A stretch of 15,947 nucleotides of DNA from Abditibacteriaceae bacterium (GTDB taxonomy: Bacteria > Armatimonadota > Abditibacteriia > Abditibacteriales > Abditibacteriaceae). The position numbers and the translations under genes are program-made. Position 1 is the first letter of the stretch, and each line of letters begins with the position of its first letter. The notes under the pieces are model-generated. The model was not told where the DNA came from. It saw nothing but the letters and a program-made list of their open reading frames with translations, and did not search any database. The stretch spans positions 1 to 15,947 of the forward strand of contig JANMKN010000321.1 in assembly GCA_031372065.1 (NCBI GenBank). Direction: 5' to 3'. This document shows positions 7,570 to 14,677 of this stretch, in pieces.

Positions 7570-8609
7570 GGAGTGCTTGCCTCAATCATGGTCGGCACGG
7601 GGGGCGCTTGCAACGCATTAGCGCGCCCTGTCAGCCAACTGCCCGATTCTTCGACACGTTTTCCTGCGCGGCGGCGATAAATAACGCCCGCGCAATGCCC
7701 GCCATCAAGCAAAACCGCGTTTTCGATGCGGCGCGGCAATTCTGCGGCGTCGCAGGGCCGCTCGGTGATAGGCAACTTTGCAAATTCTTTTCGCAAAGCG
7801 GGCAATAACGTGCCCTCGCCAACATAATTCTTGCCTTCGTAGCGTCCGAATAAATTGCGCACTTCTTCCAAACTGCGCGGGTTATGTTGCACCAGAAAAA
7901 ACAAATGTTTGCCATCGGCGCTCCAGCCCAACGCCGCATGACGAAAATAAGGCCCAAAACTGCGCGATAGTCCCGGCCATTGGCCTGGCGGCTCGACATG
8001 AAGCTGCTTTTTCTTATCGCGCCACACTTGCGCTGCGCCGCCATCAATCAAGCAAAGCAGCGCGCTTAAACCAAACGAATTTTGCTTTTGAAAATCCGGC
8101 GCGGGCGCGAAATTCCAGCGGCGATGCGGCGCCGTCAATTCCAAATCAAAAAGAGGGGTCTGACCGGGGCGTAATTGCCAACCAATTGTCCAACGCCGCA
8201 GCGGTTGCACTCCCGCGCCGGGCGTAACGCCATGTTGCCACGCGTTTCCAGTTGCCACGTCGCCAATCAGCGGGCCAACGCTGTCACGGCGCGTCACATA
8301 ATAACCGCCGTTGATGATAGCTGTTTCGCGCGCAGTCGAAAGGCGCGCTTGCGTGGAGATGGCTTTGGCTTGTGGAGAATATAAAACGCGCGGTTGCGCT
8401 AAAGGCGTGTAAATCCACACCGCATACCAATCGCGGCGATAGAGAACATTCGGGCGTGAGGCCGAGCTAAACGACAACATGGCGCGCTTGACATTGTGCG
8501 CTGCTGGCTCGCTGCGTTGCGCCGGCAACTGGCGCTTTTCGATGTTGCGGCATCCGGCTATACCACTTGAAGCGACAGCGAGGCACAGCCAAACGCGCCA
8601 CGATTTCAT
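7566..8609 (-). CDS. Lipoprotein, phosphodiester glycosidase (NAGPA/DUF2233)-like
   Basis: Lipobox IAGC at residue 20. AIINGGYY, RHAALGWSADGKHLFFLV and NAVLLDGGHC correspond to the family motifs INGGFF, PRTAIG..DGxLLLV and AxNLDGGGS. ATGA overlaps at both ends. Confidence 0.7.
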   Translation of the reverse strand: MKSWRVWLCLAVASSGIAGCRNIEKRQLPAQRSEPAAHNVKRAMLSFSSASRPNVLYRRDWYAVWIYTPLAQPRVLYSPQAKAISTQARLSTARETAIINGGYYVTRRDSVGPLIGDVATGNAWQHGVTPGAGVQPLRRWTIGWQLRPGQTPLFDLELTAPHRRWNFAPAPDFQKQNSFGLSALLCLIDGGAAQVWRDKKKQLHVEPPGQWPGLSRSFGPYFRHAALGWSADGKHLFFLVQHNPRSLEEVRNLFGRYEGKNYVGEGTLLPALRKEFAKLPITERPCDAAELPRRIENAVLLDGGHCAGVIYRRRAGKRVEESGSWLTGRANALQAPPVPTMIEASTP

Positions 8610-10078
8610 GCTTTCGTTTCGCTGCCATTCGATGATGGCGCGGCATTGTTATCCAGCAAATTCGCTTTGCCGATGAGTTGCGCGGCTAAAACAGTTTGGA
8701 TGACGCTGGCGATGTTATTAGTGGTCGCATCGGCGGCGCCGCCGTTTTCGTTGCCGGAAATCGTCACCATTTTGGCCTGCGCCAAAGCTGCTGCGATTTG
8801 CGGCGCGATTTGTGGCACCATTTCGATTTGGCGATAGCGCAAATAGGCTTCGCCGCCCGCAATGATGGCTTGATTGATTTTTTCGATGCTTTGCGCGTTG
8901 GCTTCGGCCACGACCAAAATGCGATGCGCTTCGGCATCGGCGCGGGCTAAGGCTTCGATTTTTACGCGCTGTGCATCGGCGTTGGCTTGGGCAATTTGTG
9001 TAGCGTCAAGTTCGGCTTCGCGTTGCAGCCCCAAGGCTTGTTGGCGCTTGGCGTCGGCTTCGGCTACGAGTGCCGCGTTTAAGGCGCGCGTTTGATCTAA
9101 TTCGCGATTGCGGTCTGAAATAATGCGGTCTGCTTCGATTTGCGCTTCTTTGGCGCGCCGCGTTTGCTGCGAGGCCACAATGTCGGCGCCCGCTGCGGCT
9201 TCGGCGACGGCTTCGCGGCGCTTGGTTTCGGCAATTTCGAGCGATTGCTGCTTTTTTACTTCGGCTTCGGCAATCAGGCCCGCGTTGGCGGCGCGGGTTT
9301 GTTCGAGTTCGCGGCTGGCATCCGAAATTTTGCGCTCCGCTTCGAGTTGCGCTTCTTTGGCGCGCCGTGTTTGTTGCGCGGCCACGATGTCGGCGTTGGC
9401 TTGCGCTTCGGCTGCCGACATTCGGCGGCGCGCTTCGGCGACTTCCGATTGCACAACTTTGATGTTCAGCGAATTGAAAATCAAACCGAGATCGGTCAAC
9501 TCGCGCGAACACGCTTTGCGAATGATAATCGCCAACGGGTCGTCGTCGTCTTCCATACCCGAAACGGCTTGTGTATCAATGCCTTCGTGCGTAATCGCCA
9601 CTTTGGGCGCGGTGCGCGCGGAAAATAATTGGTCATGCGTCAGCAAGTTGATGGCGCGGCGACCCGACGAACTGAGCAAATCGATGAGAATGTTGAGTTG
9701 CTCTTCTCGCGGCTTGGAAAAGAAGCGGTTGGCGGCGGTTTTGATGAGTTGATCGGTATCGCCCACCGACACAATCGCGCTGGCTAAAACACGCACTTTG
9801 ATGGGCGAAGGCGTGCCATTGGCGTCCACATCGGCGGTTTGGTCGGTGATGTCGAGGTCAACATTAATCGCCTTGCTGGAAAGCGTGGTGCCGGTTGTGA
9901 AAACCGGAATTTCCAGCGATTTGCCCGGCCCGCGATAAATGACGGTGGCACCGTGCATTTTCGACACCATGCGAATGGTTCCCGCTTCCACATTGCGCAA
10001 AAACGACGACACCGTGATCGGTATCAAAATCAGCACCAAGAAAATGGCGCCAAACACCACATAAACTAAATTGTCCAT
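8606..10078 (-). CDS. Flotillin-like SPFH (band 7) domain protein
   Basis: N-terminal TM, SPFH domain ending ELTDLGLIFNSLNIK, a long Ala/Glu/Arg-rich coiled coil (AEAQANA, ARADAEA), and flotillin-type C-terminus IEMVPQIAPQIAAALAQAKMVTI. Lies downstream of an NfeD-like gene. Confidence 0.88.
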   Translation of the reverse strand: MDNLVYVVFGAIFLVLILIPITVSSFLRNVEAGTIRMVSKMHGATVIYRGPGKSLEIPVFTTGTTLSSKAINVDLDITDQTADVDANGTPSPIKVRVLASAIVSVGDTDQLIKTAANRFFSKPREEQLNILIDLLSSSGRRAINLLTHDQLFSARTAPKVAITHEGIDTQAVSGMEDDDDPLAIIIRKACSRELTDLGLIFNSLNIKVVQSEVAEARRRMSAAEAQANADIVAAQQTRRAKEAQLEAERKISDASRELEQTRAANAGLIAEAEVKKQQSLEIAETKRREAVAEAAAGADIVASQQTRRAKEAQIEADRIISDRNRELDQTRALNAALVAEADAKRQQALGLQREAELDATQIAQANADAQRVKIEALARADAEAHRILVVAEANAQSIEKINQAIIAGGEAYLRYRQIEMVPQIAPQIAAALAQAKMVTISGNENGGAADATTNNIASVIQTVLAAQLIGKANLLDNNAAPSSNGSETKA

Positions 10079-10112
10079 AATAAAATCTCTTTTCTCCCCC
10101 GTGAAAACTCCG

Positions 10113-10850
10113 TTACAACTGTCTCAACGGCGACACGGTGCAGCTTTGTCGCTGCGCATCTACGGCTTCGACCAACAAAATATCGCCCGCGCGCACGCGA
10201 ATGCCTTCGGCTCGTTCGCGCGCGCTGAGGCGACCTAATAATTGAATGGTTTGTCCATCGAGATTGATGGCAATCAGGCCGCAGCCTGTAGAATCGAAAT
10301 TGGTGACGGCGCGCGCTTCTTCGGCGACGGCACTTTCGAGCGTGTGGCCTTCACCGGCAAAGCGAAACCAAAAATTCCACAGCGGGCCAAAGAGAAATTT
10401 TTCAAAGCAAATTCCGCCCACTACAGCCAACAAAGCGCGCCAAGGTTCGGCGTGCAGAAAACTTTTGACCAAAATGCCCGTGGCGCCGAAACCAAGCAAT
10501 ACGCTAAACCACAAGCGTGGCGACAGCAACATCATAAAAATATTGGAGAGGTTTACGCGAATGCTGTGGCCGTGTTGCGCGTGCTGATGGCCGCCCTGAT
10601 GATGGGCACCGTGTTGCGCGCCGTGATGTGGCGCTGCCGTGTGGTGACTTTGAACCGCGTGAGAATCGCTGTGCGCGTGCCCGCTATGCGATCCGCCATG
10701 TCCACTTTCGCCATGCGCATGACCGCCGTGCGAACCACCATGACCATGCGAACCGCCGTGCGCGTGGCCGATTTGACCGAGAAAACTCAGCGCGGCCATG
10801 CTCACCATGCCGGTGAAACCTAAATACAGGCTAAACCTGTAAGCGTCCAT
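10113..10850 (-). CDS. NfeD-like (YuaF/NfeD2-type) flotillin partner with a His-rich loop
   Basis: TM, His/Gly-rich tract, two TMs (LLSPRLWFSVLLGFGATGIL), then OB-fold-like C-terminus (GCGLIAINLDGQTIQLLG..IRVRAGDILLVEAVD..CTV). Start set at ATG 10850 (MDAYRF) rather than 10955. Confidence 0.85.
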   Translation of the reverse strand: MDAYRFSLYLGFTGMVSMAALSFLGQIGHAHGGSHGHGGSHGGHAHGESGHGGSHSGHAHSDSHAVQSHHTAAPHHGAQHGAHHQGGHQHAQHGHSIRVNLSNIFMMLLSPRLWFSVLLGFGATGILVKSFLHAEPWRALLAVVGGICFEKFLFGPLWNFWFRFAGEGHTLESAVAEEARAVTNFDSTGCGLIAINLDGQTIQLLGRLSARERAEGIRVRAGDILLVEAVDAQRQSCTVSPLRQL

Positions 10851-10887
10851 GATATTGTTATGCCTAAATTCCGTATGTTCATCACGC

Positions 10888-10915
10888 ATTATATAGCAAC
10901 CACGCGGCAATACAA
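10888..10915 (-). promoter_or_regulatory. Putative sigma70-type promoter for the nfeD-flotillin operon
   Basis: Minus strand reads TTGTAT-N16-TATAAT. The perfect -10 box is about 37 nt upstream of ATG 10850. Confidence 0.45.
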
Positions 10916-10948
10916 GGGAAAACGAATACAGATTCGGCAAAATCGGGG

Positions 10949-10978
10949 TTGTCACCGAGCAACGAATCGGGCTAAATT
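10949..10978 (+). promoter_or_regulatory. Putative sigma70-type promoter for the isomerase gene
   Basis: TTGTCA-N18-TAAATT, about 30 nt upstream of ATG 11009. Confidence 0.3.
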
Positions 10979-11008
10979 TTGGAGAACCAAAAATTAAAGG
11001 GACAACGA

Positions 11009-11872
11009 ATGACTTGGAAACTAAGCGCCTTCACCGACGAAGCGGGCGATTCTTGCGAAGCGCAAATTGAAGCCGCACAAAGCAATGGCTTAAAACGCCT
11101 CGATTTGCGCGCGATGGACGGTTTTAACTGCACCGCTATGCCAATCGAACACGCCAAAGGCGTCGCGGAAAAACTTAAAGACGCCAATCTTGAAGTCGGT
11201 ATGTTCGGTTCGCCGCTCGGCAAAATTGACATCGCCGACAGCATGAGCACCGATCTTGGCAAATTGGAGCATCTCGCCGAACTCGCGCCAATTTTGGGCT
11301 GCCAGAATGTGCGCATTTTTTCATATTACAACAAAGAAAATCGCCCGCACGATTTCTGGCAAATGGAATCCATCAGTCGCCTTTCGCTTTTGCAAAAACG
11401 CGCCAAAGAACTGGGCCTCGTTTTATATCACGAAAACGAGCGCCACATTTACGGCGACTTGTGCGCCGATGTTTTAGAAATTGCCAACCTGCGCGACGGC
11501 AAAAGTTTCAAACTAATTTTCGATTTCGACAATTACAATCAAAGCGGCGAAGACGTGTGGGACAACTGGACAAAGTTGCACGACAAAACCGACGCGATTC
11601 ACCTCAAAGACAGCACAAAAACCAACGAACACGTCCCCGCCGGTCAGGGCAATGGCCGCGTGCGCGAGATTCTGATTGACGCGTTAGCCAAAGATTGGAG
11701 CGGCCCGGTGATTGTGGAGCCGCATCTGTCACATTCCGGCGCTGTGGCCGCCACCGGGCCAAGCGGCGCGGCTAATCAAGCCTTTAGCCAAATGGCCCCG
11801 CACGAAAGTTTCAAAGTCGCCCTTGATGCCGCGCATGAGTTGTTGAAGAATGTCGGCGCGCAGGTGGATTAA
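11009..11872 (+). CDS. Sugar phosphate isomerase/epimerase (xylose-isomerase-like TIM barrel)
   Basis: KLSAFTDEAG, GSPLGK, VRIFSYY, and metal-binding motifs LYHENE, FDFDNY, IHLKD, PAGQGNG, VEPHL. ATG 11009 has AAAGGGA upstream. Confidence 0.92.
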   Translation: MTWKLSAFTDEAGDSCEAQIEAAQSNGLKRLDLRAMDGFNCTAMPIEHAKGVAEKLKDANLEVGMFGSPLGKIDIADSMSTDLGKLEHLAELAPILGCQNVRIFSYYNKENRPHDFWQMESISRLSLLQKRAKELGLVLYHENERHIYGDLCADVLEIANLRDGKSFKLIFDFDNYNQSGEDVWDNWTKLHDKTDAIHLKDSTKTNEHVPAGQGNGRVREILIDALAKDWSGPVIVEPHLSHSGAVAATGPSGAANQAFSQMAPHESFKVALDAAHELLKNVGAQVD

Positions 11873-11878
11873 TCTGGC

Positions 11879-13063
11879 TCACATATCCACGCCCATAAAT
11901 TTGCCCACCGTGTCGTAGACACTGTTGTAATAAGCGGTCATGCCCATTCCGACAATAATAAGCGTGGCAATGGCGGCGATGGCGAGGCCAATTAAGCCCA
12001 CTGTCTTAGGCACCGTGGTCATGCGCTGGCGCAAATCGGACTCGTAATACTGCGCGGCTTGTCCCAGCATAGCGGGTTCGCTGCCAGTGGCTTCGCCGGT
12101 TTTAATGAGGCTGAGTGTCACTTCCGAAAACACGCCGGATTGTTTAAGCGCGGTGCCCAGCGGCACATTTTGGTCGCGCGCCAAACGTGCGGCGCGGGCA
12201 AATTTTTCATCAAGAACCGCGTTGTTTGCCATGCCCGCACAGTTTTCCAAAGCGGCAGGCGGTGCAATTCCGGCCTTTGTCAGCCAACCGAGCGCGGTTA
12301 GATAACGAAAAACCGCCAAGTCGCGCCACAGCGGGCCAGTCAGCGGAATATATGCGGCGATTTGGTCGCGCATCTTGCGCGCGGCGGAATTGGTATCCAT
12401 CCATTTGCGCAAAACAAAATACAACGCGATCAAAATTGCCGTCATAATCAGGCGCGGAATGAGATCATGAACATAGCCGGATAATCCGGCGCGCAGGGCT
12501 AACTTTTGCTGCTCCAACTGGCCCATGCCCTGCCCTTGCTTGTCTATCGCTTCGACGGCGTGCGTAAAAATTTTGTAACTGCCCGGCACCAAAATCAGCA
12601 GCGGCAAAACCACAAATTTATTGAGAAACGTCGCCGTAAACAGACTGCGCCGCAAGGCGACTTCATCTTCCAAATCGCGTGCGATACGCTCGAAGGCCGC
12701 TTCCAATTCGCCGCCGGTTTCGCCCGCCAAAACCAGCGCCGCTTCGCCGCGCGAAAAGATTTGAGGCCGCGTTTTCATCCAGGCCGCGAAACTGCCGCCG
12801 CGTTCAACGCAAATTTGCGCTTTGCGCGACGCTTCTTTCAAATCGTCACGGCTTGTCACGCCTTGCATATGATGCAGCGTGGCACCGAGCGTCATGCCGC
12901 CTTTGATGCAAGTCGCCATTTGCCGCCAAAAAACCATACGCGCTTTTAGCGGCACCGTTACCGGCGGCGCCGCGCTAATAATCGCCGCCTGCGGTTTTGG
13001 GGACGGCGAGGATGCCACACTTTGTTGCGGAACTTCATTGGAATGTTGAGGCGAACTTTGCAT
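11879..13063 (-). CDS. Type II secretion system F / type IV pilus PilC family inner-membrane platform protein
   Basis: Two T2SSF repeats: FWRQMATCIKGGMTL..AGETGGELEAAFERIA and LGWLTKAGIAPPAAL..TGEATGSEPAMLGQAAQYYE, each followed by TM segments. Confidence 0.92.
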   Translation of the reverse strand: MQSSPQHSNEVPQQSVASSPSPKPQAAIISAAPPVTVPLKARMVFWRQMATCIKGGMTLGATLHHMQGVTSRDDLKEASRKAQICVERGGSFAAWMKTRPQIFSRGEAALVLAGETGGELEAAFERIARDLEDEVALRRSLFTATFLNKFVVLPLLILVPGSYKIFTHAVEAIDKQGQGMGQLEQQKLALRAGLSGYVHDLIPRLIMTAILIALYFVLRKWMDTNSAARKMRDQIAAYIPLTGPLWRDLAVFRYLTALGWLTKAGIAPPAALENCAGMANNAVLDEKFARAARLARDQNVPLGTALKQSGVFSEVTLSLIKTGEATGSEPAMLGQAAQYYESDLRQRMTTVPKTVGLIGLAIAAIATLIIVGMGMTAYYNSVYDTVGKFMGVDM

Positions 13064-13176
13064 TGGAATTTCGGATTGAGAATGTATGATGAAACAATGG
13101 CAAAATTTGGCGATTGAAACAAGAGCGGTTTTCTAAGAATCAGTTTAAAAACGTTGCTTTCCTTTAGGCCCAAAGG

Positions 13177-13213
13177 AAAGGCCGCATGGAATTGAATCCA
13201 CGCGGCCTTTTTT
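13177..13213 (-). terminator. Rho-independent terminator downstream of cysS (possibly bidirectional)
   Basis: Minus strand GGCCGCGUGGA-UUCAAU-UCCAUGCGGCC then UUUCCUUU, about 22 nt after the cysS stop. The G-U pair forms only on the minus strand; the plus strand carries a T6 tail. Confidence 0.75.
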
Positions 13214-13235
13214 GATTTTATCTCCGCTTCTTACC

Positions 13236-14588
13236 TCATATTTCCTGCTTCCACTTAGTGCCCTCCGGCCCGTCTTCCAAGATGATGCCGATGGTCTTTA
13301 ATTCGTTGCGGATTTGGTCGCCAGTTGCAAAATCGCGGCGTTCGCGGGCATCGTGGCGCACTTGAATCAGCAATTCCATCAAGCGTGGCGTGAAGCTGTC
13401 ACCAACTGGCGCGGTTTTTAGATCGAAGCCGAGCATTTCTAAAGCGCGCCGCGCGCTTACGGCTAAAGTCGCATCGCCGCTGCGATTAAATTCGCTGACG
13501 GCATCGAAAACGGCGGCTAAAGCAATCGGCGTATTAAGATTGTCCAGCAAGGCTTCGGCGAAACGCTGCTGGAAAGCGAGGGCAGTATCGCTGTCGCTAT
13601 CGCGTTCGGGCACTTCAGCTAAAGCGTTGGTCAGGCGCGCCCAACTGGTTTTCGATTGTTGCAGTTTTTCTTCGGAATAATCAAGCGGCGATTGCGGATG
13701 CGTCATCAAAAACAAGAGGCGCCACACTTGCGGCGAGGCTTTGGCAAAGCCTTCTTGCAGCGTGATGAAATTGCCGAGCGACTTGCTCATTTTCACGCCA
13801 TTCACGCGCAATTCGCCGCAGTGCCACCACGTTTTGGCGAAGCAGCGGCCATCGAGATAACTTTCGCTTTGCGCCACTTCGTTTTCATGATGTGGAAACG
13901 CCAGTTCGCGCGCGCCGCCGTGAATATCGAAGCCTGCGCCGAGTCAATCGAGCGCCATCGCCGAGCATTCGATATGCCAGCCGGGACGCCCATCGCCCCA
14001 CGGCGAGCGCCACGCCGGTTCGCCCGCTTTGGCGCCTTTCCACAAGGCGAAATCAAGCGGGTCATCTTTTAAATCGCCGGGCGCAATGCGCGCGCCCGAC
14101 TGCAAATCTTCGACTTTCTGGCCGCTGAGTTTGCCGTAATCGTCGTCTTGTGAAACATCGAAATACACATCGCCGCTTTTGGCATAAGCGAAGCCTTTTT
14201 GGATCAGCACTTCGATCATTTCAACGATGTTTTCGATGTTCTGCGTGACGCGCGGATAATGATGCGCTCGCAAGCAGCCCAGCGTGTCCAATTCCTGCGC
14301 GCCTTCCTCGGCAAAGCGCGAGGCCAGTTCGAGCGGGTCAACACCCAGTTCCCCGGCGCGCTTGATGATTTTGTCGTCCACGTCCGTGACGTTTTGCACA
14401 TGAACGACTTCCAAGCCGCGCCATTCCAGAAAACGGCGCAAAACATCGTAAGTCAGAAAGGCGCGCGCATGGCCGATGTGCAGCGCATCGTAAGGCGTGA
14501 CGCCGCAGACATAGAGCGAAATTTTGCCTTCCTCGCGCGGAATGACTTCGTCTTTTTTACGGCTGAGGGTATTGTAAAGGGAGATCAT
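13236..14588 (-). CDS. cysS: Cysteine--tRNA ligase, 450 codons, interrupted by one in-frame TGA at codon 215 (recoded, pseudogene or sequence error)
   Basis: The ORF-track pieces 13944..14588 and 13236..13877 share a frame. The join reads [44 protein letters not shown], KMSKS, the Zn ligands (CGVT, ECSAM, HHENE) and the C-terminal anticodon-binding domain are all present. Confidence 0.95.
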
Positions 14589-14589
14589 A

Positions 14590-14677
14590 TCAGTAGTCAG
14601 TGGTTAGTGGTCGGTGGTCAGTGGCACAGTTTTGCTTGCTGCTTTTCTGACCACTGCGCACCGCTCACTGCCCACTA
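14590..14677. repeat. Inverted arrays of 7-bp tandem repeats forming a long imperfect hairpin
   Basis: TCAGTAG TCAGTGG TTAGTGG TCGGTGG TCAGTGG (14590-14624) face CTGACCA CTGCGCA CCGCTCA CTGCCCA CTA (14647-14677). They fill the whole gap between the sigma gene and cysS. Confidence 0.85.

Noticed and set aside
13157..13180. Second hairpin CTTTCCTTT-AGGCCC-AAAGGAAAG as an antiterminator or riboswitch for the pilC-like gene
   Set aside because: On the minus strand its partner arm is transcribed after the U-tract, so it cannot pre-empt termination, and no aptamer motif is recognisable.
13944..13946. Genome-wide UGA reassignment (code 4 or 25)
   Set aside because: Five genes in the window end at TGA at their expected C-termini, two in ATGA overlaps, and Trp is encoded by TGG.
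13236..14588. MshC or two separate genes instead of cysS
   Set aside because: CGVTPYD and VQNVTDVDD resemble MshC, but the C-terminal anticodon-binding domain (RHDARERRDFATGDQIRNEL..LED..GTKW) is present, and the segment between the two ORFs is conserved in frame.
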